Below are positions 21,969 through 32,000 of a stretch of DNA of 64,000 nucleotides, in pieces; the stretch's first letter is position 1, and each line of letters starts with the position of its first letter. Both the position numbers and the translations under genes were made by a program. The notes below the pieces were generated by a model, which had not been told where the DNA came from, searched no databases, and saw nothing but the letters and a program-made list of their open reading frames with translations. The stretch spans positions 32,879 to 96,878 of the forward strand of contig DFRJ01000003.1 in the NCBI GenBank assembly GCA_002378195.1. Reading direction: 5' to 3'. This stretch comes from Patescibacteria group bacterium UBA3466. Lineage in GTDB: Bacteria; Patescibacteriota; Minisyncoccia; Phycocordibacterales; UBA918.

Positions 21969-22808
21969 TTATACACCAGGAGTGAATCCGATGAGTACCT
22001 TCTTGCGATTTGGGTCACCGAGGGATTGTGCTATGAGAGAGGTGTATTTACTCTCCAGTTGTCCAGCAGCGGCTTGGGCTTCAAGCATGCGGATCGTTCT
22101 CTCGAGCGGTATTCCAGCTTTGTACGGTCGGAAGGCCATCAAAGCTTCAAGTACATCAATTACGGCAAAGAATTTACCAGCAAAAGATATCTCTGAAGCT
22201 TTGAGTCCTCTTGGATATCCGCTCCCGTCGAGTCTTTCGTGATGTTCTAGGGCGCAGTCAGACAAAAATCTCACTAAAGGGTTGAAGTCAATTACAGACA
22301 AACCGTTTATTTGATCAATGAAGATGCTGCCACGATTCTCGATAATTTGGCTGGATAGGGTGGTGTGGGCTTGCTGCTCGATCATTTCCTCCTGGGTTAA
22401 TCGGCGATCAAGCTCATAGATCTTGTTCCACTTTGGTTTAGCTATATCGTGCAAGTATGCCGCTAGACCAAATAAAGACCTGCCACATGGGTTTAAGACA
22501 AATCCATCAGGTGTTTCTTCAAAAAAAATACCCTTCAGGATTACATTCTGCAGATATGCGTCAGAAAAAGAATCAACCTCCTCTTCAGACCAGATCAACC
22601 AGCCTGCTACATTTTTTGCAATGAGAGACGTGTTGTGCGAATGATTTCGCATTGAAGTAATCATTTCGACCATATCTACTTCTGCTTGGTCTTTAAACCA
22701 GAGCAAAAATCTAGATAAGTCGGAACATACTTCGTTGACGTCTCGGTTACTTACGGCAACGTTCAAGCATAGACTTATCAGATCTTTAGACATGGTGTTT
22801 AACCTCAT
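21969..22808 (-). CDS. HD-GYP domain c-di-GMP phosphodiesterase
   Basis: HD...HHERLDGSGYP signature. Confidence 0.75.
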   Translation of the reverse strand: MRLNTMSKDLISLCLNVAVSNRDVNEVCSDLSRFLLWFKDQAEVDMVEMITSMRNHSHNTSLIAKNVAGWLIWSEEEVDSFSDAYLQNVILKGIFFEETPDGFVLNPCGRSLFGLAAYLHDIAKPKWNKIYELDRRLTQEEMIEQQAHTTLSSQIIENRGSIFIDQINGLSVIDFNPLVRFLSDCALEHHERLDGSGYPRGLKASEISFAGKFFAVIDVLEALMAFRPYKAGIPLERTIRMLEAQAAAGQLESKYTSLIAQSLGDPNRKKVLIGFTPGV

Positions 22809-22892
22809 GCTGGGTTATTTGTGAAAGATCTACCGCTATAAAAACACTACATTTAAAATCAGGTATCGTCAATAGTAATTTCAAGAGTATTC

Positions 22893-22921
22893 TTTTGTGT
22901 GCGATTGAAGGGATTCGAAAC
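22893..22921 (-). repeat. degenerate copy of tRNA-Asp 3' end (T-arm and acceptor)
   Basis: gcgattgaagggattcgaaac versus gcggtcgaagggattcgaaccc at 23005-23026. Confidence 0.45.
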
Positions 22922-22965
22922 TTACAGTTTCAGTACCTCAAATGTGTGTCCCGCACACAATTTCA

Positions 22966-22999
22966 ATCGACCACAAAAAAATCCCTAACGGGATTTTTT
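22966..22999 (-). terminator. terminator for tRNA-Asp (minus strand)
   Basis: aaaaaatcccgttagggattttttt on the minus strand. Confidence 0.6.
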
Positions 23000-23003
23000 A
23001 CTG

Positions 23004-23077
23004 CGCGGTCGAAGGGATTCGAACCCTCGGCCTTCCGCGTGACAGGCGGATGCTCTAACCAGCTGAGCTACGACCGC
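23004..23077 (-). tRNA. tRNA-Asp (anticodon GTC)
   Basis: Reverse complement folds as gcggtcg acceptor, D-arm gctc/gagc, anticodon arm tccgc-ctGTCac-gcgga, T-arm gaggg-ttcgaat-ccctt. Confidence 0.85.
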
Positions 23078-23141
23078 AAAGAGTGGCAAGAGTATAGCTG
23101 GTTTGCGTAATTTTTGCAATAACTATTGCTATAATTTAAAT

Positions 23142-23741
23142 ATGAAATTAAATCGCATTCAAAAAGGGTTGCTGCTAGTAAATATCGCTGTTGTGGTTGG
23201 GTTTAGTTGGTATTACTTGCAGGCGGCAGATTATGAGTTTCTAGCTTATGCGGGCACGATAGCAGTTGTGACAGCTCTTTTATTCGGTACTCTTAAATGG
23301 TCGCGGTTTTCAAATGGAATTATTCTCGGGGTGACTATTTGGGGACTGTTGCATATGCTCGGAGGTAGTGTGATGACGGCCGACGGAGTATTGTATGCAT
23401 GGCGGATCTTCCCATTTTTTGATGGTGGCGGAGAGTTTTATATTCTGAAGTTTGATCAAGTAGTACACGCGTTCTTGTACGGTATTGTCGGTTTGATGTT
23501 TTATCACCTGTTGCGTGAAGTGGTTGGAGTTAAAACTCACACACTACTAGTAGCAGCGGTAGCTATCTTTGCTGGAGCTGGCTTTAGTATTATCAACGAG
23601 ATCATCGAATTTCTGGCGGCGGTAAATATTCCAAATACTGGAGTAGGGGGCTATCACAATACCGTGCTTGATATGATTTTCAATTTAGCTGGAGCATTGA
23701 TAGCTGTGGTTATTAAGGTGGGTATCGATAAACGTAACTAG
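23142..23741 (+). CDS. hypothetical multi-pass membrane protein
   Basis: Five or six hydrophobic helices. No motif recognised. Confidence 0.35.
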   Translation: MKLNRIQKGLLLVNIAVVVGFSWYYLQAADYEFLAYAGTIAVVTALLFGTLKWSRFSNGIILGVTIWGLLHMLGGSVMTADGVLYAWRIFPFFDGGGEFYILKFDQVVHAFLYGIVGLMFYHLLREVVGVKTHTLLVAAVAIFAGAGFSIINEIIEFLAAVNIPNTGVGGYHNTVLDMIFNLAGALIAVVIKVGIDKRN

Positions 23742-23812
23742 CAAAAGATTTCTCGATTTGTTATGCTATCACGGCTTGTAATACCGAGCGGTAGTTTTGC
23801 TTATTATTACTT

Positions 23813-23885
23813 GCCAACGTAGCTCAGTCGGTAGAGCGCATCCATGGTAAGGATGAGGTCCGCGGTTCAATCCCGCGCGTTGGCT
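23813..23885 (+). tRNA. tRNA-Thr (anticodon GGT)
   Basis: Manual fold. gccaacg acceptor, D-arm gctc/gagc, anticodon arm catcc-atGGTaa-ggatg, T-arm cgcgg-ttcaatc-ccgcg, 3' acceptor cgttggc. Confidence 0.85.
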
Positions 23886-23887
23886 CA

Positions 23888-23926
23888 GCAGCAAAATTCC
23901 CTAGCATCCGCTAGGGAATTTTGCTG
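23888..23926 (+). terminator. terminator hairpin
   Basis: gcagcaaaattccctagc atcc gctagggaattttgctgc, a perfect 18-bp stem. Confidence 0.7.
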
Positions 23927-23930
23927 CCTG

Positions 23931-24091
23931 GCAACGCAGGAAGCAAACTGCTTTGCTTCCGGTAGGGATTGAAGGTCGCAGCGATGTGAGTTTGCGAACA
24001 AGCGAGACGGGGTCGAGAGTACTTACTAGAATTGGAGCGTAGCGAACAATTATAGTTAGTAACTCGTGACCAATCCCGCGCGTTGGCTCAG
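23931..24091 (+). repeat. tRNA-associated structured repeat, copy B, ending in a 21-nt direct copy of the tRNA-Thr 3' end
   Basis: Hairpin at 23939-23960 covaries with the copy A hairpin. gggattgaa is the inverted tRNA-Thr T-loop. caatcccgcgcgttggctcag (24071-24091) equals 23867-23887. Confidence 0.55.
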
Positions 24092-24093
24092 CT

Positions 24094-24124
24094 AAATGCC
24101 TAGCTTCTTGCTAGGCATTTTTGT
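24094..24124 (+). terminator. second terminator-like hairpin after the partial tRNA copy
   Basis: aaatgcctagc ttctt gctaggcattttt. Confidence 0.5.
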
Positions 24125-24140
24125 ATACTCAACTATCACT

Positions 24141-25019
24141 ATGAGTACTGAATTTCAATCTTCAGAAAATCGCATAGCCTCCATTGAGGCAGCCATGCTT
24201 CAGCCAGATTTTTGGAATGATCCGCAAAAGGCACAAGAGTTGATCAAAGAACTGCAAGAGTTAAAGGATTTGGCGGATGGCAAAGGCAAGTATCATCGCA
24301 ATGATGCAATTTTTTCGATTGTAGCAGGGGCTGGAGGTGATGATGCGGAAGACTTCGCGCGTATGCTAGTGGAGATGTATCAGAAGTATGCTGAGAGCAA
24401 GAGTTGGGATGTGGTGATAATCGACAGTAATGCCAACGACCATAATGGTTACCGCAATATCACTTTCGAAGTCCAAGGGAAGGATGCCTACGGCACACTG
24501 ATGCACGAGTCCGGGGTGCATCGTTTGGTGCGTATCTCACCTTTTAATAGTAACGGAAAGAGACAGACTTCTTTTGTCTTGGTCGAAGTGTCGCCGAAGC
24601 TCGAAGATCTGAGTTCAGTGGAGCTGAGTGAAGAAGATTTAGATATTTCTTTTGCGCGCTCTGGCGGCGCTGGTGGGCAGAATGTAAACAAGCGAGAGAC
24701 GGCGGTGCGAATTGTGCATAAGCCAACCAATATCTCCGTCAATATTTCATCTGAACGCTCACAAATGCAAAATCGGGAGAAGGGGATGAATTTGTTGGCC
24801 GGTAAGATATATGCTTTCAATGAAGCGCAGCGCGAACGTGAACTGCAAGGGCTAGCGGTTGAGAAGACTCTTAAAATTGAATGGGGGAGCCAGATTCGTT
24901 CGTACGTTTTGCACCCATATCAGATGGTGAAAGATCATCGTCATGATCTAGAAGTGAGAAATGTAGATAAAGTATTAGACGGTGATATACAACCGTTTAT
25001 AGACATTTATAATAATTAA
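24141..25019 (+). CDS. prfB: peptide chain release factor 2, short form with no evident frameshift site
   Basis: SPF tripeptide (RISPFNS) and GGQ motif ([11 protein letters not shown]). Confidence 0.8.
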   Translation: MSTEFQSSENRIASIEAAMLQPDFWNDPQKAQELIKELQELKDLADGKGKYHRNDAIFSIVAGAGGDDAEDFARMLVEMYQKYAESKSWDVVIIDSNANDHNGYRNITFEVQGKDAYGTLMHESGVHRLVRISPFNSNGKRQTSFVLVEVSPKLEDLSSVELSEEDLDISFARSGGAGGQNVNKRETAVRIVHKPTNISVNISSERSQMQNREKGMNLLAGKIYAFNEAQRERELQGLAVEKTLKIEWGSQIRSYVLHPYQMVKDHRHDLEVRNVDKVLDGDIQPFIDIYNN

Positions 25020-25043
25020 TCAGCTCATGATATACTGTTAATC

Positions 25044-25727
25044 ATGATTTATTTTGATAACGTTTCGAAGCTGTATAGCGACGGTCGCTCAGCTGCCCTC
25101 CAAGAAGTCACGTTTCAAGTTGCCCCCAAAGAGTTTGTATCAATTGTTGGACACTCAGGGGCTGGTAAAACCACTCTACTCAAGATGATTATTGCTGAAG
25201 ATCAGCCATCAAATGGTCAGGTTTTTTTCGAGTCACTTGATGTGCATCGTATTCCCAAGGCAAAGTTGCCAAGCTACCGTCGCAAGATCGGAACTATCTT
25301 CCAGGATTTCAAATTACTCTCACACAAGACTGCTTATGAAAACGTCGCCTTTGCAATGGAAGCAAATGGTCGTACCGACGCTGAGATTGCCGAGAACGTA
25401 CCACACGCATTGGCTTTGGTAGACCTAGAGGACAAGGCATGGAATTTCCCGGGTGAACTGTCAGGAGGTGAGAAGCAGCGGGTAGCCATCGCCAGAGCGA
25501 TTGTAAATCAACCAGATATTATCATCGCAGATGAGCCGACTGGAAATTTGGATCCGATTGCTACGTACGAAGTAGTACAGATTTTAAGAAAGATTAACGA
25601 TCTTGGCACTACCGTCATCATGACCACTCACAACAAAGGGGTGATTGATGAGATAGAGCGCCGGGTCATCACTATGGATGATGGTCGGATAGTGCGTGAT
25701 GATGCTAGTGGTAAGTACGTTTTGTAA
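25044..25727 (+). CDS. ftsE: cell division ATP-binding protein FtsE
   Basis: Walker A GHSGAGKTTLL and ABC signature LSGGEKQR. Confidence 0.85.
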   Translation: MIYFDNVSKLYSDGRSAALQEVTFQVAPKEFVSIVGHSGAGKTTLLKMIIAEDQPSNGQVFFESLDVHRIPKAKLPSYRRKIGTIFQDFKLLSHKTAYENVAFAMEANGRTDAEIAENVPHALALVDLEDKAWNFPGELSGGEKQRVAIARAIVNQPDIIIADEPTGNLDPIATYEVVQILRKINDLGTTVIMTTHNKGVIDEIERRVITMDDGRIVRDDASGKYVL

Positions 25728-25734
25728 TTAATTT

Positions 25735-26658
25735 ATGATAACTGGATTAAGAAGAGTAGTTAAAGCAGGGTTTGTTGGTTTTTGGCGTAATGCCTACGTA
25801 TCGTTGGCTTCAATTTTTGTACTTACTATCGCACTGTTTGTGATCGGTGTGACAATGTTTTTGAATCAGCTCTTGGAGACTTCACTGGTCAACCTACAGT
25901 CTCAGGTTGATATTAACGTTTACTTTGTTCCCGAAGCTCCTGATGATGAGGTGCAGAGTTTGGTTACTGCTGTGGAGGCTTTGCCTGACGTTGTGTCGGT
26001 CAAATTTACCTCACGGGAACAGGCACTTGAAGAGTATCGACAGCGTAATCAAAATAATGAGATTTCCCTCCAAGCCCTTGAAGAGCTAGATGAAAATCCA
26101 CTTGGCGCCAACATTGCTATTTTGGCTGGAGAGACATCACAATACGAAAACATCTCGCGGTTTATTGAGGAGCAGAGAGATTTGGCGCAATCGCCAATAA
26201 TCAGCAGTGTAACTTATGCCGATGACGAAACGACCCGCGATTCAATCGATCGTTTGACCAGTATTATTAATGCAACCGAACGCGCTAGTTTGATCATTAT
26301 GGGCATCCTGCTACTAGCTGCTGTACTTATCACTTTCAATACCATTCGATTGGCTATTTACACTTCACGGGAAGAAATTTCTATCATGCGTTTAGTTGGC
26401 GCGGGCAATATGTTTATTCGCGGGCCTTTCATGTTGCAGGGGATTATGTACGGCTTTATCTCTGGCTGTTTGGCTCTCTTAATCTTTTACCCGCTCTTGG
26501 TTTGGCTTGGTCCACGCACACAGGAATTCTTCGAATTAAATTTATTCGATTACTACATGGCAAACCTCGGTGACATCTTCGGTATTCTAGTCGGGATTGG
26601 AATTGCTCTCGGCCTTATCTCAAGTACTTTTGCAGTAGCACGATATTTACGAACTTAA
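25735..26658 (+). CDS. ftsX: cell division permease FtsX
   Basis: Four-TM FtsX topology with a periplasmic loop. Follows ftsE. Confidence 0.8.
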   Translation: MITGLRRVVKAGFVGFWRNAYVSLASIFVLTIALFVIGVTMFLNQLLETSLVNLQSQVDINVYFVPEAPDDEVQSLVTAVEALPDVVSVKFTSREQALEEYRQRNQNNEISLQALEELDENPLGANIAILAGETSQYENISRFIEEQRDLAQSPIISSVTYADDETTRDSIDRLTSIINATERASLIIMGILLLAAVLITFNTIRLAIYTSREEISIMRLVGAGNMFIRGPFMLQGIMYGFISGCLALLIFYPLLVWLGPRTQEFFELNLFDYYMANLGDIFGILVGIGIALGLISSTFAVARYLRT

Positions 26659-26669
26659 CTCTCTGATTT

Positions 26670-28343
26670 ATGGCAACAAAAGCAAACAACAAAAGAGCGA
26701 CTAAAAAGAAGTCGACTACTAAGTATATTTTTGTGGTTGGGGGAGTGATGAGTGGAGTCGGGAAAGGGGTCGCTTCTTCGTCAATCGCTACACTCCTAGA
26801 ATCACGCGGACATAATGTGACCGCCATGAAAATCGACCCGTACATTAATGTTGATGCTGGTACCATGAACCCAACTGAACACGGTGAGGTGTTTGTTTTG
26901 AAAGACGGTTTAGAGACCGACCAAGACATGGGTAACTATGAACGCTTTCTCAATAAAGATCTCCCGGCCATAAACTACATGACTACTGGTAGCGTCTATC
27001 AATCGGTGATTAGAAAAGAACGAAACCTGGAGTATAAAGGAAAAAATGTAGAGGTGGTGCCGGACATCCCTCTTGAAGTAATTCGCCGCATTAAAGCAGC
27101 CGGAGAAAATGCTGATGCTGACATTGTACAGGTAGAAGTGGGAGGTACGGTTGGGGAGTATCAAAATGTACTTTTCCTTGAGGCAATCCGTATGATGAAG
27201 ACAGAAGAGCCAGATAATGTAGCAGTGGTGATGGTGAGCTATTTACCAGTGCCTGGTTCAATCGGAGAGATGAAGACCAAACCCACTCAGACAGCAGTCC
27301 GTATGCTCAACAGCGCCGGAGTATTTGCTGACATGATTGTATGTCGGAGTAAAATTTCTGTTGACCAAAAGCGTAAAGAAAAAATTGCAAAGTTTTGTAA
27401 TGTGAAAGTAGAAAATGTTATCTCTGCTCCAGATGTCGACAGTATTTACGATATTCCACTACACTATGAAAAAGACGGCCTTTCCGAAGGCTTGCTTAAA
27501 ACACTTGGTCTGTCTACTAGAAAGGTGGCCGACCTAAAGAACTGGAAACGGTTTGTTAAAAGCTCCAAGAACGAAGGCGACACGGTGAAGATTGCGGTGG
27601 TCGGTAAGTACTTCAATTCAGGTGATTTTGTTTTGTCAGACGTCTATATCTCGATTCTCGAAGCGATTAAGTTTTCTGCCTATAAACTGCGGCTAAACCC
27701 AGAAATTGACTACCTATCAGCCGAAGATTTTGCTGATAAGAAAAACCTGCGTAAATTGAATCAATATGACGGTGTGTTGGTGCCGGGCGGTTTTGGCACT
27801 ACTGGCATTGAGGGGAAATTAAATGTGATCGAGTATGTGCGCAAGAAACGGATACCGTACTTTGGTATCTGCTACGGGATGCAGTTGGCGGTACTGGAAT
27901 ACGCCAAGAACGTAGCAAAAATTAAGAACGCTAGTACCGAAGAGATTGACCCGAAAGCCGACCATTTAGTAATTGGTGTAATGGACGAGCAGAAAGAGAA
28001 GATTGCAAAAGGAGATATGGGCGGCACGATGCGGCTGGGGCAGTATGAGGCCAAGCTGAAGAAAGGTTCGGTGGCCGCTAAGGCATACAAAGCACAATCG
28101 ATAGTGGAGAGACATCGTCATCGTTATGAAGTTAATCCTGAGTATATCAATCGATTGACCGATAAAGGTTTAGTCTTTTCCGGTACCTCTCCTGACGGCA
28201 TGTTGATGGAGATTGCTGAATTGCCACAAGAAGACCATCCATTTTTTGTTGGAGTACAGTTTCATCCTGAGCTACAAGCGAGGCCGCTTGACCCGCATCC
28301 ACTTTTCACAGCTTTCATCAAAGCGGCGTATGAGAGTGATTAG
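26670..28343 (+). CDS. pyrG: CTP synthase
   Basis: VVGGVMSGVGKG synthetase N-terminus and glutamine amidotransferase GICYGMQ motif. Confidence 0.95.
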   Translation: MATKANNKRATKKKSTTKYIFVVGGVMSGVGKGVASSSIATLLESRGHNVTAMKIDPYINVDAGTMNPTEHGEVFVLKDGLETDQDMGNYERFLNKDLPAINYMTTGSVYQSVIRKERNLEYKGKNVEVVPDIPLEVIRRIKAAGENADADIVQVEVGGTVGEYQNVLFLEAIRMMKTEEPDNVAVVMVSYLPVPGSIGEMKTKPTQTAVRMLNSAGVFADMIVCRSKISVDQKRKEKIAKFCNVKVENVISAPDVDSIYDIPLHYEKDGLSEGLLKTLGLSTRKVADLKNWKRFVKSSKNEGDTVKIAVVGKYFNSGDFVLSDVYISILEAIKFSAYKLRLNPEIDYLSAEDFADKKNLRKLNQYDGVLVPGGFGTTGIEGKLNVIEYVRKKRIPYFGICYGMQLAVLEYAKNVAKIKNASTEEIDPKADHLVIGVMDEQKEKIAKGDMGGTMRLGQYEAKLKKGSVAAKAYKAQSIVERHRHRYEVNPEYINRLTDKGLVFSGTSPDGMLMEIAELPQEDHPFFVGVQFHPELQARPLDPHPLFTAFIKAAYESD

Positions 28344-28387
28344 GGCACTGTCTCTCTAGAGAATCCTGAAGAAATGTGATAAGGTAG

Positions 28388-28430
28388 TGGCCACAAAAGA
28401 TGATCAATTACCCGAAAAGTCTAATGGTAA
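28388..28430 (+). repeat. upstream partial copy of tRNA-Gln 5' region including 10 nt of flank
   Basis: gatgatcaattacccga..gtctaatggta matches 28561-28590. Confidence 0.5.
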
Positions 28431-28570
28431 GAAATCGAAGATTTCTTCCTTGGCCGGCACTCAGAAGTAATGAGTAAGTAAACTTTCTCATCTTCCTCGC
28501 TTGGCCAAGTAGGACACCTCGTGTCCTCTATAGACAATCGTGTATAGATATTAAAATTAAGATGATCAAT

Positions 28571-28641
28571 TACCCGATCGTCTAATGGTAGGACACTTGG
28601 TTTTGGTCCAAGTAATCGGGGTTCGAGTCCCTGTCGGGTAG
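28571..28641 (+). tRNA. tRNA-Gln (anticodon TTG)
   Basis: Manual fold. tacccga acceptor, D-arm gtct/ggac, anticodon arm cttgg-ttTTGgt-ccaag, T-arm cgggg-ttcgagt-ccctg, 3' acceptor tcgggta, G73. Confidence 0.85.
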
Positions 28642-28795
28642 CCTGCAAGAAAACACCCTTTTGGGTGTTTTCTGTTTGAGCAGGCTACCCGACAAGAAAT
28701 AATCTGGGGGATTATTTCGTGGGACTCGAAAAGCGGTTTGAGATATTTTGGAGCTAGCGAACAAAATATCCAAACGCTGCACAGAATCTGTAAGA
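28642..28795 (+). repeat. repeat R1, copy a: long hairpin that pairs the tRNA-Gln 3' end, plus a conserved core of about 80 nt
   Basis: tagcctgcaagaaaacaccc tttt gggtgttttctgtttgagcaggctacccgac. About 85% identical to 49152-49285. Confidence 0.5.
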
Positions 28796-28814
28796 TTCGA
28801 GTCCCTGTCGGGTA
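28796..28814 (+). repeat. direct copy of tRNA-Gln 3' end (ttcgagtccctgtcgggta)
   Basis: 19/19 nt identical to 28622-28640. Confidence 0.55.
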
Positions 28815-29002
28815 AACAAGCACTTGGACCCAGGTTTATTTTTTCTTGTGCGAGAACATTTATTCAGTGATCGACAAGTTTTGACTTATATACAAATTAT
28901 TCACAGTTTATGCACAAAAAATTATTGTTGTAGTGTGTTCACATAAAAGCTAATGTTAAAGGGTCTTTTACGCTAGAAAGTTTATACAACTAAAAGTCCA
29001 TC

Positions 29003-32000
29003 ATGTTGCATAAAAATATATGTCGATCTGAATTTATTCGATCTCGTCGTACGCTATTTAAAGCCACATCTCTTCTGATTGTGGTTTCTGTTTTATTAGC
29101 TCCTATAGCTCATGTGTATGGTTTCCATCCAGATAATGATTCCAGCTTAGTGAACAACGACCTGTTAATTTCGAAGAATGTCTCATCATTATCAGATAAT
29201 GGCGTTCAGGTTAATTCTTTTGATGGGTCTCTTTCTTATTCTTACCCTGTCCTTTATCCGTCAGGAGTTAATGGATTCGGCCCTAGTCATAATCTAAGTT
29301 ACAGCTCTAATTCCAAAGAGGAATATTCAATTCTTGGTATTCATGGATGGAATCTCGACATTCCATCCATTAAACTCATTAATAAAACGGGTATAGAAAA
29401 CCTGTATTCAGATCCAGTTTATTATTCTTCAATTTCTGGGGAGTTAGTTCAAGTTGGGGTGAGTTCAGAGTATATTTCAAAGAACGAATCAGGAGATTTT
29501 CATTCGTATACTTTAAGTAATGGTGTTTGGACAATAAGTACAAAATCAGGAGATGTTTATACGCTTGGCAGTACAAGTGCTAGTAGGATAGTTAATCCAA
29601 ATGATAGTAGTGAGATATATGCATGGTATACAAACGAGATAGTTGATACTAATGGAAATTCGATAGATTACTCATACTACAAAGATAACGAATCGTTACT
29701 TATAGATACCATTGAGTATGGCGGTATATACGAAATTGATTTTGAAAGAGTTTCAAAGAATTCAACCTCTACTACCCACGAAGCGACCTTTGAAATCAAT
29801 CAGACGAAGGCGGTTGATAGAATACAAGTCATAGTAGATGGTCAAGATGAGTACTACTATGATCTTACTCTGACTTCAGCAGTGAATCCTAATCATGTAC
29901 TTTTAACTCAAATTGACATGGTAGGTGGTAGTGACCAGCTGACAACCGAATTTACATACAATGATAATTCGCTCATGCCATTTTCTGCTGATCAAGATGA
30001 TGATGGTGCAAACGGTAAATGGGACATTGGAAACGGTAAATGGCTTTATGAAAAAGGCGCTTCAAACAAATGGAGGTTTGTAGATGTGAATGGAGACGGG
30101 TTAGCAGATTTCGTGGGTGATGGAGATGTATACCTCAATGACGGCGAGGAATTTGTTTTTAATTTAACATGGTCAACAGCATTGATTGATTTTATCTACG
30201 ACGATACATTGTCACTACGATTTCCAGATATTAATGGCGATGGCTTGGTCGACATAATCTATTCTACTGACGAAGCATATAATACTGGTTGGTTTAGTGA
30301 CGTTTATTTAAATAATGGATCTGGTTGGACTTATGACGCATCGTTTGACGAGAGCCTTGCAACTAATAGCGCCAGGTTTGCATTTGTTGACACAGATGGA
30401 GTGGATGATCTTGGGTGGAGAGTGATTGACGTAAACGGAGATGGTTTGGCAGATCTAATTCATGATAATGATTTAAATTATCCGGACAACACTAATGCTG
30501 TGTATATTAATGACGGTAGCGAGTGGACTCTGAGTAGTGATTTCATAATACCTGCTGATAACGGATTTGCATTACACAACGCGTATGGATTTATTATAGA
30601 CATAAATGGTGACGATCTACCGGATTTGGTCAGTTCATATGAAGTGAATAGTTCTTGGGTAAAGAGAGTTTATGTGAATACTGGTACTGGTTGGGTTGAT
30701 CATGATGGATTTAAGAATAGTCTACCAGCTGCATTCGTTGACGATCCTGGCAGTAGTTCTAATTTCATAGATCACGGTTATCGTCTTGTTGATATCAATA
30801 ATGATGGATTAGCTGATATCGCTTGGCAAACAGATAGTGGGTCAAATCGCCTGAGATATTATCTCAACTTAGGTGATAGTTGGGACACAACTTTTACAGA
30901 AACTGCATGCTGTAATCCCGGCTGGGGCCAAAAGTTACAATACGGAGCTACAGCTTTTGTAGATATTAATGGTGACTCATTAATCGATATATTGTCGGCA
31001 CATAAAATTAGTAGTAGTAACAAACTTGATTCAATTCATATTGCAGCTGGTGGAAAGCCCGATGTTCTGACAGAGGTGGTAAATCAACATGGTGGAACAA
31101 CAAAAGTTTTCTACAAAGGAAGTCAGGAAACAGTTTCAGGATCACAACGTAACGTAGATCTACCAATTGCATTATATGTTGTGGCGTCAACTACCAAAGA
31201 TAATGGCTTCGGACAGGTTATCGAGACCCTTTATGATTATGATTATGGTGAGATATATTTTGATACCGCAGACTTACGAGATCGACGGTTTGGTGGTTTT
31301 GGTGAGTTTACGGAAGAGGTTGTGGGTCTTAACAAAACCATCGTTAATTTTCACCAAGGTAACGACTTAGATTCTAGCTCAGAAGAAGAAAGTGATGGAG
31401 AGCATTTAATTGGTAGAATGTATCAGACTAAGATAACCAATAACTCCGACAGTCTTTATCTTCTAAATCGAGTTAACTATTCTACAACTAGTCTAGGAGA
31501 CGGAAGTGTATTTACTAAGACTGATAGTGTTGTAGAGCTTGCTTATGATGGAGACGTAGACGAAAGGGCTAAAGCTGTTTCGTATACGTACGATGATACT
31601 CATGGTTCAGTATTGTCTATGGTTGAATATGGAGAAGTAAACGGAAACTCAGACGGTACTTATACAGATTCAGGGACTGATAAGAGGACAAGTCTTTATG
31701 AATATGCGACAAGTTCGGATGGATTGGTAGCTGTAACAAAAGAAACCCTTAATGATAATAGTAATACCAAAATTCAAGAATCAGTCTATTATTATGACGA
31801 TTTAACTTATGGATCTGCTGCTCTTGGCAACCTAACAAAAAGAGAAGATTGGGTTACCGGGGCCACTTTTGTTGACACTGAATGGGACTATAACAGCAAC
31901 GGACTAGTAACTACAGAAACTGACCCAAAAGGAAATGCTATTAATTATGATTACGATACCTATAATTTGTATCTAGCTTCTTCTACAAATGCTGAAGGTC

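Noticed and set aside
24096-24140. N-terminal extension of prfB and a programmed frameshift
   Set aside because: The extension overlaps the partial tRNA-Thr copy and the terminator hairpin. No CTTTGAC-type shift site is present.
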